Part shown: in pieces, positions 8,610 through 17,651 of the stretch | How positions within the stretch are numbered: position 1 is the stretch's first letter | Layout: every line of letters starts with the position of its first letter | NCBI GenBank assembly: GCA_965140785.1 | Contig: OZ223500.1 | Location: forward strand, 1-36,698 | DNA from: an uncultured Ruficoccus sp. | GTDB lineage: Bacteria; Verrucomicrobiota; Verrucomicrobiia; Opitutales; Cerasicoccaceae | Length of the DNA: 36,698 nucleotides | Direction of reading: 5' to 3' | Notes under the pieces: generated by a model | Database searches by the model: none | Told to the model about the DNA's origin: nothing | What the model saw: only the letters and a program-made list of their open reading frames with translations | Translations under genes and position numbers: made by a program

Positions 8610-10619
8610 CTACCCCCGCTCGGCCTCAGCCTGGGCGGACTTGAGCTGGGCCATGAGCTTCTTGCTCACGCGCTCGATCCCCACGCGGCAGCTCTTGGAG
8701 GCGGGGTAAATATCCTGAGCGGCGAGGTAGCGGCTGAGGCTGACGGCGTACTGCTCGTTCCCCTCGGCCCGTTCGGCGGCGTTGATCGCCTGGACGAAGT
8801 CCGCCACGCGCGGAGCCACGGTGGCCTTGGCGCGGGCCAGCTCGGGATCGTTGGGCTCGAGCTCGCCGGCGCGCAGGAGCATCTCCCAGGCCTCGTAGCC
8901 ATTGTCCTGCTCGGACTGCTCCTGGGCGGCGGCAATGAGCATGTCCACCGTGCCGATCCGCTCGGCCACCTGCTGAAGCTGCTCGGAGCGCAGTGGATCC
9001 TGCATGAGCGCTGCGGCGAACTCCGTGCGCCGGTCGTAAATCTGCCGGAAATCCTCCCGCGTGAAAAGCTGGTCGAACATCAGCGTGGCCTGAGTCGAGA
9101 TGTCGGCCCGGTTGGCGATGTCGAGGGTGAAGGTCTTGATGGCCGGGTTCAGGGGCCAGATTTCGGTCGCCCGGGCCAGGGCGGCCTCGGCCTTGTCAGC
9201 CCGGCCCATGGCCAGGGCCTGCTGGGCGGAGAGCAGGGAGAGATTGCTCAGACGCTGAGCCGAACGCACGGCTGAGAGCACCCGGGGCATCGGAAAATCG
9301 CGGGCCAGCTCCTTGATCTGCTCCGCGGTGGACTCGATCGCGCCGTAGTCCTTGAGGTCGGCCAAGACCTGCATTTCCCGCACCAGGCGGTAGAGTTCGA
9401 GCAGCTCGCGCTTTTTCTCGGGCGGGAACTCCAGCACCTGCGGCATGTATTCGCCCAGGTAATACGTTTCCTGCAGACGCTCGAGCGCGGCGTAGCGCTC
9501 CTTGCCCTCGTAAAGGGTCTCGACCGCACGCATACCGGTGCGCACGTCAGCCATAGCCTCCCGGGCAATGAACTCCAATGTCTCCACCGTGGGCGAAAAG
9601 TCCGACACCGGCACGAAGCCCTGCAACTGCTCCTGCCCGACCACCATCTGCATGTGCGAGCCCTTGAAAACGTAGCGGTAGAACATGCACCCGATCAGGC
9701 AATGCTCGAAGCGGCGCGAGAGCAGCATATTCAGCAACTGCGACTGGAACTGGATCTTGGCCTGCAGGCCGTTGGTCACGCGCTGGGCCTCCAGGCCCGA
9801 GATGCGCGTCTGCGCCTCGGCCAGCCGCTCGGCCCGGAAGGTCGCCTCGGTCACCCCCTCAAAGGTCTTACCGGTATGCCGGCCCTGAGCCTCAAGTTTC
9901 TGGATCTCATCGAACTCGGCCTTGTCGTACCAGTCGCCGGAGACCAGCTCGTCCTGGATTTTCTTCTTCTCATCCTCGATCATGGACTGGGCCTTGTCGA
10001 TGTTGACGTTCTCGTCGCGGATGCGCCACACGTTGTAAACCTGATTGGCCAGCACGAGCGAGGTCCCTCCGTCCATCTCATAGCGAGCCGCCACGAAGAG
10101 CAGTTGCCAAGCTTCGAAAATCTCGTCGGTGAGCTGCTGGTCGTCCTTGACCTCGTTTTGGGCGACCTGCGAGAGCAGTTCGTGAATCTTGTCCAGAATG
10201 CCCAGGTAGACATCGTCATCGTCGGGCAGGGCGGGCGTGGCCAGGTAACGCTCGAAACGCGCCCGCACGATGCGCGAGTTACCAATGTTGAAGGTCCGGC
10301 CCTTCCAGTTCAGCGTCCCCTCCTCGAAGTCCACCGAGTCGTTATCAGTGTCGAAGAGGTCCTGAGAAAATTGCCGCAAGGTCTCGCTTTCAAACAAGCC
10401 GCCGCCGCTGCCGACGTTCATCGTGTTGGCATTCGTGGGCTGCTGAGGAGCGGCAGCCGACCCTGCTCCGGAACCTGACCCCTGCGCGGATGCGCCGCCA
10501 AAGCCCGACGAGGAGCCCCCGCCGGCAAACGGGTCCGCCCTGCCGCCACTCGGAGGCGCTTGCGCGAGCAGCGAAGCGGCGGAAGTAAGGGTCAGAAAAA
10601 GCAGGATGAGGAAGCGCAT
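8610..10619 (-). CDS. Large exported hypothetical protein (about 669 aa), alpha-helical/coiled-coil with TPR-like C-terminal segments
   Basis: Start reassigned to ATG 10619 (MRFLILLFLTLTSAASLLAQ, signal peptide). Gly/Ser-rich linker, then helical segments such as AEAALARATEIWPLNP, AWEMLLRAGELEPNDP and YLAAQDIYPAS. Confidence 0.8.
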   Translation of the reverse strand: MRFLILLFLTLTSAASLLAQAPPSGGRADPFAGGGSSSGFGGASAQGSGSGAGSAAAPQQPTNANTMNVGSGGGLFESETLRQFSQDLFDTDNDSVDFEEGTLNWKGRTFNIGNSRIVRARFERYLATPALPDDDDVYLGILDKIHELLSQVAQNEVKDDQQLTDEIFEAWQLLFVAARYEMDGGTSLVLANQVYNVWRIRDENVNIDKAQSMIEDEKKKIQDELVSGDWYDKAEFDEIQKLEAQGRHTGKTFEGVTEATFRAERLAEAQTRISGLEAQRVTNGLQAKIQFQSQLLNMLLSRRFEHCLIGCMFYRYVFKGSHMQMVVGQEQLQGFVPVSDFSPTVETLEFIAREAMADVRTGMRAVETLYEGKERYAALERLQETYYLGEYMPQVLEFPPEKKRELLELYRLVREMQVLADLKDYGAIESTAEQIKELARDFPMPRVLSAVRSAQRLSNLSLLSAQQALAMGRADKAEAALARATEIWPLNPAIKTFTLDIANRADISTQATLMFDQLFTREDFRQIYDRRTEFAAALMQDPLRSEQLQQVAERIGTVDMLIAAAQEQSEQDNGYEAWEMLLRAGELEPNDPELARAKATVAPRVADFVQAINAAERAEGNEQYAVSLSRYLAAQDIYPASKSCRVGIERVSKKLMAQLKSAQAEAERG

Positions 10620-10629
10620 AAAACTCGTA

Positions 10630-10774
10630 GGGTTTGAGTGTTTGAAAGTTTGAGAGTTATTCCTGCAAAGGGCTGGCTGAGCCAGGCAGCCGCTAAAGAC
10701 GCATGAAAAACTGAGTGTCAGCCATCTCATCCCATTAACGAATAGCAATTAACAATCAGCCATTTAACCATTTA
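10630..10774. repeat. Hybrid repeat element: GTTTGARA octamers on the left, AACCATTT/AGCAATT-type units on the right
   Basis: gggtttgagtgtttgaaagtttgagagtt (10630-10658) matches the 4681/5312 family. aatagcaattaacaatcagccatttaaccattta (10741-10774) matches the 2741 family. Confidence 0.8.
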
Positions 10775-10779
10775 TCCCC

Positions 10780-11160
10780 TCAGTATTTCTCCAGATTCTC
10801 CACATAGATGAGCCCGCCCTGACGGATGGCCACCTCCATCTTGTAGCGCTGGCCGGTGTGGATGCTCATGCCCAGCGAGTCGGGGATGAAAACCGGCAGC
10901 CGCTGGTCCGAGCCCTCGGGTACGACGGCCAGTAGGCGACCCGTCCCTTCCTCCCAGTCGAGCAGGGAGTGGATCTGAGCACTGAGCGCGTACTCGTTAC
11001 CCAGCAGGTTCGAAGGCTGGCTGCGGTAGCTCTCGGTGGGAAAGGGTTCCAGCGCGTCAAAGCCATCCGAGCGCAGCACCAACAGCAGCGCCGCCACTAA
11101 TGCGACGCAACCGATGAACAGCGCCGCGGAAACAAGGGGGTTGAATTTCGAGGAAGCCAT
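10780..11160 (-). CDS. Hypothetical protein with N-terminal membrane anchor and small beta-rich domain (possibly OB-fold-like)
   Basis: 126 aa. Hydrophobic N-terminus followed by alternating beta-strand patterns (YALSAQI, RLLAVV, LPVFIP, GQRYKMEVAI, GLIYVENLEKY). Confidence 0.75.
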   Translation of the reverse strand: MASSKFNPLVSAALFIGCVALVAALLLVLRSDGFDALEPFPTESYRSQPSNLLGNEYALSAQIHSLLDWEEGTGRLLAVVPEGSDQRLPVFIPDSLGMSIHTGQRYKMEVAIRQGGLIYVENLEKY

Positions 11161-11367
11161 GAGGGAGTCCGGCGTACGGGACCAGTCAAGTTATACGAAT
11201 CCTAACCACAGTACAGTCATAAAGTTGCATGGCAAGCGCGCTCTTTTTCGCCATCGTCCCGGCCCGTCAGGAGCGCGTTCCGCTGCCAGGACACCCACCC
11301 CTGAGAATCAGCTCGGGCAAAAAACCGCTTGCTCCTCGGGGCCACCCACCCTGAATATTTCCTTATA

Positions 11368-12246
11368 ATGACCCGTTTGTGCCACACCCTCGCCTTCCTC
11401 GTCATCACCAGCCTGCTGGCCCTGCCCGCGGCCCACGCGAAAGCTCCTTCACCCGACGCTATCATGCCCTATAAACAGACCGAACAAGGAGAGCTCGACC
11501 TCCATATTTTTTACCCGGAGGGACACCAGCCGACGGACAAAACGCCCGCCATCGTCTTCTTCTTCGGCGGCGGCTGGAAAAACGGCAGCCCCAGCCAGTT
11601 TTATTCCCAGTGCGAGTACCTGGCCTCGCGGGGCATGGTCGCCATTGCCGCCGAATACCGCATTGAGAGCAAGCACGGCACCAGCCCCCAGGAATGTGTC
11701 AAGGACGGCAAGTCCGCCCTGCGCTGGGTCCGTGCCCACGCCGCCGAGCTCGGCATCGACCCCGACAGGCTGGCCGCCGGCGGCGGTTCAGCCGGAGGGC
11801 ATGTGGCCGCGGCCACCGCGCTGGTGGACGATTACAATGACGACAGCGACGACCTCTCCGTGAGCTGCCGACCGGATGCCCTCGTGCTCTTCAATCCCGT
11901 CATCGACAACGGCCCCGACGGCTACGGCTACGAGCGCGTCGAGGCGTATTGGGAAAGCTTCTCACCCATGAACAACATCGATGCGGACGCCCCGCCGACG
12001 ATTTTCTTTCTCGGCACCGAGGACCACCTCATCCCCGTCTCCACCGCCGAGGAATACCAAAAGCGCATGGAGGCCAAGGGCGTGCGCTGCGACGTTTTCA
12101 TCTACGAAGGCCAGGGCCACGGCTTTTTCAACCAGGGCAAAAGCCCGGAAAGTTTTTACCAGACTGTGACCGAGGCAGACCGCTTCCTGGCCTCCCTCGG
12201 CTACCTAGAAGGCGAGCCCACACTTCAGCCTCCGCAGGGAGACTGA
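11368..12246 (+). CDS. Exported alpha/beta hydrolase (esterase, BD-FAE/abhydrolase_3-like)
   Basis: Signal peptide ending AHA-K, FFGGGW oxyanion region, GGSAGGH nucleophile elbow, GTED, HGFFN. Confidence 0.88.
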   Translation: MTRLCHTLAFLVITSLLALPAAHAKAPSPDAIMPYKQTEQGELDLHIFYPEGHQPTDKTPAIVFFFGGGWKNGSPSQFYSQCEYLASRGMVAIAAEYRIESKHGTSPQECVKDGKSALRWVRAHAAELGIDPDRLAAGGGSAGGHVAAATALVDDYNDDSDDLSVSCRPDALVLFNPVIDNGPDGYGYERVEAYWESFSPMNNIDADAPPTIFFLGTEDHLIPVSTAEEYQKRMEAKGVRCDVFIYEGQGHGFFNQGKSPESFYQTVTEADRFLASLGYLEGEPTLQPPQGD

Positions 12247-12360
12247 AATTCTTAGATTCCACAGGTGCGGCTCAGGCCCATCAGGGCTGGAACTCAAGCT
12301 CCTACCCACATCCCTGAACTTAGGAACCCACGAGGCGAAGGGGCAGCGAGCTTTTGCGAG

Positions 12361-12417
12361 CGATGGGGCAACGCCCCATCCAGATGCGAAGCATCTAGGG
12401 TGCAGGGCATGCCCTGC
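12361..12417. repeat. Multi-hairpin REP-like element, copy 2, abutting the ABC gene stop codon
   Basis: GATGGGGC-AAC-GCCCCATC, AGATGC-GAA-GCATCT and the perfect palindrome GCAGGGCATGCCCTGC (12402-12417). Confidence 0.75.
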
Positions 12418-14160
12418 TTATTGCCACTGCTTGCGGGAGCAGCCCCACAGCACGAGTGCCGCGGCCACCGCCCCTTGGAGCACCAGCACCGCCACGGCCT
12501 GCGCGGGCGAGGAGACCCACTGGGCGTTGTTCTCGCGGAAGGCGTCCCACAGCCGCGTGTCGAGCATGGAACTCAGGTACCCGGCCCAGCCCCAGTAGCA
12601 GTTGATAAACGGACGGCAAACCCAGACCAGAGTGTCCGGCAGCGCCAGCACCACCCCCGAGAGCGGGAGCTGGAAACCGACCAGATAGATCGAGAGCAGG
12701 CTGGCTTTTTCCGCCGATTTAAAGAGCGCCGAAAAGCCCAGGCAGACCAGCGTCATCGAGCCGCAGACCAGCATGAGCACGAGCAACTGCGTCAGCCACG
12801 GGCCCGGGAAGCGGCAGATCACTTTGACGAAAAACGTCATCCACGCCCCTTGAAAACCCGCGATCAGCAGCACGAAGGCCATCTTGGCCAGCGCGTAGGG
12901 GACCACCCCGAGCCCGCTCAGGCGCTCCTTTTCGTAGAGGGTGCGCTCACCGGCGATCTCGCGGGCGCCGTTGTTCGAGCCCATCAGCGTGAGCAGGATG
13001 ACCTGGAACATGATCAACCCCGTCACCAGCGAAGCCGTCTCCATGGCATCGATCTTGAACTGGATGTTCTGCTGCATCTCATCCAGAAAGCCCAGTGAGC
13101 GGTCGAGCGCCATGCTCTGGATCTGGGGCAGCCCGTCCAGGGCAAAAATCACCACCAGGCACGGAAAGCCGAAGGTGATGGCCAGCGTCAGCCACAGGTA
13201 CCCGGTGTCGCGGAAAAATAGCACGAAGCGCCGCCGCAGTAAGGTCGCAAACTGCGAGGCATGCGACGGACGCGCCGCGGCGCGGGCGGGCGGCTGCGAA
13301 CCGGTCTGCGGGCGGGCAATCCCGCCAGCGGGGGCGTTGCCAGTGCCCTCTGCGGCAGGGGTGGCGGCAGCAGGGTTCCTCCCGGTCCGGGCTTCGCTCA
13401 CCCCTTCCCGTGCCTCGCGCCACTTCTGCTGCCAGTGGGCCAGCGGGTGGGTGTTGAGCCGGTCGTAGAGATGCAAGGCATCGGGGATTTCAAAGAACGC
13501 GCACAGCTCCTCCAGCTTCCCCTGAAAGACCACGTCGCCCTCGTACACGACCGTGATCCGGTCAAAGCAGGCGAGCTTGGCCAGATTGTGAATGATGCAC
13601 AGGAAGGTTTTCCTCCGCTCCTGACAGAGCGTGCGCATGAGCGCGAGAATCTGGTCCTCCGAGAGCGGATCCAGGCCCGAGGTCACCTCGTCGCAGATCA
13701 GGCACGGCGGGTCGAGCGTCAGCTCCAGCCCGAGGCCGATCCGGCGCAGTTGCCCGCCCGAGAGCGACTCGACGCGCTTGCCCCGGTGCTCGGCCAGCCC
13801 GATCACGTTTAAAATATTCTCCAGCCGACGCGTCCGCTCGTCCGCGTCATCCACGTACAACTCGAGCGCGAAGCGCAACGACTCCTCCACCGTCAGCTTG
13901 GACTGGGCGATGCTGAACTGCGGCGCGAACCCGACCCGCCCGATCAGGTCCTCCGAGCGGGTGATCCGCTCCCCCGCGCAAAACGCCTCCCCGCTCGCGG
14001 GCAGGATGCCGAGGATGGCCTTCATCAGAGTGGTCTTGCCGCAGCCGGAGGGCCCGATCACAGCGTTCATCCCACCGGCTAAAAAATCCGCCGACGCCCC
14101 CCGCAGGAGCGTGGTCTTGCCGTCCGGGGTTTTAACGGTGAGCTCGCGGCAGTGGATCAT
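12418..14160 (-). CDS. Fused ABC transporter: N-terminal ATPase plus ABC-2-type permease (ABCG-like topology)
   Basis: Walker A GPSGCGKTT, Q-loop FAPQ, LSGGQ, Walker B ICDEVTSGLDP, H-loop IIH, Ala/Pro linker, then NNGAREIAGERTLYEKERLSG and about 6 TM helices. Confidence 0.9.
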   Translation of the reverse strand: MIHCRELTVKTPDGKTTLLRGASADFLAGGMNAVIGPSGCGKTTLMKAILGILPASGEAFCAGERITRSEDLIGRVGFAPQFSIAQSKLTVEESLRFALELYVDDADERTRRLENILNVIGLAEHRGKRVESLSGGQLRRIGLGLELTLDPPCLICDEVTSGLDPLSEDQILALMRTLCQERRKTFLCIIHNLAKLACFDRITVVYEGDVVFQGKLEELCAFFEIPDALHLYDRLNTHPLAHWQQKWREAREGVSEARTGRNPAAATPAAEGTGNAPAGGIARPQTGSQPPARAAARPSHASQFATLLRRRFVLFFRDTGYLWLTLAITFGFPCLVVIFALDGLPQIQSMALDRSLGFLDEMQQNIQFKIDAMETASLVTGLIMFQVILLTLMGSNNGAREIAGERTLYEKERLSGLGVVPYALAKMAFVLLIAGFQGAWMTFFVKVICRFPGPWLTQLLVLMLVCGSMTLVCLGFSALFKSAEKASLLSIYLVGFQLPLSGVVLALPDTLVWVCRPFINCYWGWAGYLSSMLDTRLWDAFRENNAQWVSSPAQAVAVLVLQGAVAAALVLWGCSRKQWQ

Positions 14161-14211
14161 CGCAGTAAGGGAGTAAAGCCACCCCCGCCCGTTGGCAAAT
14201 GAAGATTTTTA

Positions 14212-14300
14212 TTAACCGCAAAGACGCAAAGACACAAAGGAAATAACCGCTGTTCGCCTATACAGGAACACCTTCGCGCACTGAGAACTCTGGCGGTTAA
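14212..14300. repeat. Small element with 8-bp terminal inverted repeats and CGCAAAGA octamers
   Basis: TTAACCGC (14212-14219) and GCGGTTAA (14293-14300). Left arm cgcaaaga-cgcaaaga-cacaaagg. Confidence 0.7.
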
Positions 14301-14336
14301 AGGATTTTATGATGAAGGGATTTTCAGACTAACACG

Positions 14337-15344
14337 CTAACTGATCGTCCCCGGCTCGGCGTACTGGGCCAGGTGCTCGTCGGCCAGCGCGCGGAGCTCG
14401 TCGAGGGATTTGACCCGGTCGATGGCGGGGCGGAGTTTGCGCGAGCCGGGCATGTCCTTGGTCAGGGCCTTGACCTTGGAGCGCATCCAGGCGATGTCAT
14501 CCGCCGGCTTACCCTTGTAAGGCCCCTCCAGCAGCAGGTCCAGAAAACGGAAAACCGTGGCCCAGCGCTCGGGCACAGTGGGCGGATCGGGGGCCTCGCC
14601 GGTGGCCAGGGTCTGCTTGATCTCCTTAAAAATCCAGGGGTAGCCGAGGGCGGCGCGCCCGATCATGAGGCCGGAAACGGCGGATTCTCGCCGCACGCGA
14701 GCGACGAATTCCCAATCGCGCACGTCACCGTTGCCGATGACCGGGATGGGCAGCGCGCGGGCCACTTCCTCGATCACGTCCCAGTCGGCCTGTCCGCTGT
14801 AGCCCTGCTCCTTCGTCCGTCCATGAACAGCCAGCGCCCGGATGCCGACATCCGTTAAAATCCGCCCCACCTCCAGCGCTACGATGTTCTGCTCGTCCCA
14901 GCCGATGCGGATCTTGGCGGTGACGGGGCACTCGGGGAGCGCCTGGACCACGGCCTCGGCTACCGCGCCAAGCCGATCCAGGTCCCGCAGCAGCGAGGAA
15001 CCGGCATTCTGGTCGATGACCTTGCAGGCCGGGCACCCGTAGTTGATATCGATAAAATCCGGCCGGTGCCGTTCCCAGACTTTTTGCGCCGCCTCAGCCA
15101 TGGTTGCCGGGGTGGAGCCGAAGAGCTGTACGCCCATAGGCCGCTGCTCCTCGGAAAAGTCCACCGCCCGCCACGCCTGGTGTCCGCCGCGCAACAGACC
15201 GTCGGCCTGCACGAACTCGGTCACCATCACGTCCGCCCCCTGCTCCTTGCACAACTGGCGGAAGCCGAAGTCCGTATAGCGGGCCATCGGCGCCAAATAC
15301 AGGGGGAAGGCCCCCGCGGCGAACCAGGGAAGGGTTTCGGGCAT
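14337..15344 (-). CDS. dusB: tRNA-dihydrouridine synthase B
   Basis: LAPMA, VQLFGS, IDINYGCP, AGSSLL, PVTAKIRIGW, VHGRT, IPVIGNGDV, MIGRAALGYPWIF. Confidence 0.9.
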   Translation of the reverse strand: MPETLPWFAAGAFPLYLAPMARYTDFGFRQLCKEQGADVMVTEFVQADGLLRGGHQAWRAVDFSEEQRPMGVQLFGSTPATMAEAAQKVWERHRPDFIDINYGCPACKVIDQNAGSSLLRDLDRLGAVAEAVVQALPECPVTAKIRIGWDEQNIVALEVGRILTDVGIRALAVHGRTKEQGYSGQADWDVIEEVARALPIPVIGNGDVRDWEFVARVRRESAVSGLMIGRAALGYPWIFKEIKQTLATGEAPDPPTVPERWATVFRFLDLLLEGPYKGKPADDIAWMRSKVKALTKDMPGSRKLRPAIDRVKSLDELRALADEHLAQYAEPGTIS

Positions 15345-15346
15345 TA

Positions 15347-15443
15347 GGTGCTTGGTGCTTAGTTCTTTGTGCTTGGTGTTGGGATTGTGGCGTTGAGAGC
15401 CATGACCATTTGGCCATTTAACCCTTTAACAACCAACCATTAA
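15347..15443. repeat. Heptamer/octamer tract element upstream of dusB
   Basis: GGTGCTT-GGTGCTT-AGTTCTT-TGTGCTT-GGTGTTG (15347-15381) and gaccattt-ggccattt-aacccttt-aacaacc-aaccatt (15404-15441). Confidence 0.7.
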
Positions 15444-15541
15444 TCCTGCTCATAAAGTCTACGAATAGGACCCATTAAAATTACCCTTGCGTATTTGCAA
15501 CGGCGAAACAGCATAAGTAGGTTACACGACATATTTTTACC

Positions 15542-16414
15542 ATGGAAGTTATTCGAGCCCAAAGCGCCGGCTTTTGCTGGGGAGTGGAACGCGCCATCAA
15601 CGTCGCGGCCAAGTTCGCCGAGGAAGGCAAGCGCCCCGTCTATACCGACGGCCCTCTCATCCACAACAAGCAGATGATGGAAAAACTGGAAGCCGTCGGC
15701 ATCCAGGAAGTCGGCGATTACCAAAGCAAAACCGAAGTCAAAGTCACCGAGCAGGATCGCGAGCACGGGGTGCTCGTCGTGCGCGCCCACGGCATTTCCC
15801 CCGAGCGTCGCAGCTACCTGAAGGAACTCGGCATGGACTTCAAGGACGCCACCTGCCCGGACGTCGGCATCATCGCCGGCAAGATCAAGATGCACTCGCG
15901 CAAGGGCTTCACCACCGTGATCTTTGGCGACCCCAAGCACCCCGAGGTGATCGGCCTGATGGGCTACACCGAGGACCGCGGCTATGTGGTCAAGAATGAG
16001 GAAGACATCCGCGCCCTGCCCACTCTGGGCGATAAGGTCTGCTTCGTCTCCCAGTCCACCATGTTCACCGACGAGTTTGAGCGCCTGGCCGGGATTCTCA
16101 AGGAAACCTACCCGGAAGCCCAGGTCTTTGACACCATTTGCGGCGCCACCAAGGAACGCCAGAGCGACATCCACGTGCTGCGCGAAGCCGGAGCCGAGGC
16201 CATTATCGTGGTCGGAGGCCGCCACTCGGCCAATACCCGCAAGCTCGCCGCCCTGGTCGAAAAGACCGGCCTGCCCGCCTATCACGTCGAGACCGCCTCG
16301 GAGCTGGACTTCGACCACCTCAAGCAGCGTTACAAGAAGGTCGGCGTCACCGCCGGAGCCTCCACCCCGGAGTTCCTCATTCAGGAAGTCGTCGAAAAGC
16401 TGCAAAAAGTCTGA
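15542..16414 (+). CDS. ispH: 4-hydroxy-3-methylbut-2-enyl diphosphate reductase
   Basis: Three Fe-S cysteines (GFCWGVERA, DATCP, TICGATKERQ), plus IHN, RAHG, HPEV and GVTAGASTP. Confidence 0.96.
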   Translation: MEVIRAQSAGFCWGVERAINVAAKFAEEGKRPVYTDGPLIHNKQMMEKLEAVGIQEVGDYQSKTEVKVTEQDREHGVLVVRAHGISPERRSYLKELGMDFKDATCPDVGIIAGKIKMHSRKGFTTVIFGDPKHPEVIGLMGYTEDRGYVVKNEEDIRALPTLGDKVCFVSQSTMFTDEFERLAGILKETYPEAQVFDTICGATKERQSDIHVLREAGAEAIIVVGGRHSANTRKLAALVEKTGLPAYHVETASELDFDHLKQRYKKVGVTAGASTPEFLIQEVVEKLQKV

Positions 16415-16467
16415 AGCACCGATGCCTCCGGCTTGCCTGCGGCGATTAAACTCTCCATTTTCCCGTT

Positions 16468-17361
16468 ATGAAACTGCTGATGCTTGGAGTCTGTTTAGTG
16501 GTGGGCGCAGCCTGCCTGCACGCTCAGGAGTCCGATAGCGAGAGCGATCAGGGCGGTATCCTCGGGGGCGGTGTGCTTGGAAACCTCCGCGAGCGCGTCA
16601 ACCAGCGCACGCAGACCATTACCAACAACAGTGCCATCCTCAGCAACACCTCCTCGCTCAATGCCGACAGCCAGCCCGGCCCAGCCCAGGAAGTCGTCGG
16701 CACCGTCACCGCCCCGATCAAGGAGGGCATGAGCGACATCATGCCGACCAAGGCCGCCCCCATGACCAAGTCCGGCTTTCTCCCGAGCTATGAGGGTTTT
16801 AAGGAAGACCCCGAGACCGGCGCGTGGGTCTGGGTCAAGGAAAAGGGCGTGCTGGCCGACTACAACCGCTTCATCATCGCTCCCATTGTCGTTTACCCGG
16901 CTGATGACGCCGAGTTCAAGGGTGTCAACCCGGACGAGTTGAAGAAATTGACCGACTATTTCCGCGCCGAGCTGACCAAGGCGCTCGACCAGGCGGGCAC
17001 GCCCGTGGTCTTTCAGCCCGGCAAGGGCGTGGCCATTGTACGCATCGCCATCGTCGGCGTCGTCCCCGGTAACCCGGTCATGTACGCCGGCTCGTGGATG
17101 CCCTACGCGCGCCTGGCCGACGCGGCCCAGAAGGCCACCGGCGGCACCACCATGGGCGTGGGTTCGATCTCCATCGAGGCTGATCTGCTCGACTCACTGA
17201 CCGGCGCCCGCGAAGGTGCCGTCATCGACACCCTGGCGGGCAAGAAGCTCGATGTGCGCCAGAGCATGAACAAGTGGGGCGACATCGCCCAAGCCATCCA
17301 AACCTGGGCCCAGCGCTTCGCCGGACGTGTGACCCAAGCCCACGGCGGCACCTCCGACTAA
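16468..17361 (+). CDS. Exported DUF3313-family protein
   Basis: Signal peptide, then SGFLPSY, IIAPIVV, RIAIVGV, IEADLLDSLTG, WGDIAQAIQTWAQRF. Confidence 0.7.
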   Translation: MKLLMLGVCLVVGAACLHAQESDSESDQGGILGGGVLGNLRERVNQRTQTITNNSAILSNTSSLNADSQPGPAQEVVGTVTAPIKEGMSDIMPTKAAPMTKSGFLPSYEGFKEDPETGAWVWVKEKGVLADYNRFIIAPIVVYPADDAEFKGVNPDELKKLTDYFRAELTKALDQAGTPVVFQPGKGVAIVRIAIVGVVPGNPVMYAGSWMPYARLADAAQKATGGTTMGVGSISIEADLLDSLTGAREGAVIDTLAGKKLDVRQSMNKWGDIAQAIQTWAQRFAGRVTQAHGGTSD

Positions 17362-17651
17362 GCCCTTTTCTTCCCGCGAAGCGGCCCGCCGGCTACTGGC
17401 GCAGCCCCTTCGCCTCACCCAGACCGACAACTTTTAAAATTTCCATCAATAACAGCCGGAGGAGCCGTCCGGCCGGAACATTTCCACCCGACAACCGGAC
17501 TTAATAAGCCTTGAATATTTCATCGCCGCACCATGCGGCAGATGATAGTTGTCATAAAACCTGCTGTCACCTGCTCAGGTGGCAGCGCAAAGCATTTCCG
17601 AGCATTGCATTTTGCGCATGAGGCGCTATAAATGGCGGATTGGACAAAACC

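Noticed and set aside
10620..10748. N-terminal extensions in the ORF track (8610-10748; also 32545-34215, 34291-35490, 24999-25904, 11329-12246)
   Set aside because: The extensions run through repeat arms or intergenic DNA. Downstream ATGs give proper signal peptides or family-typical N-termini.
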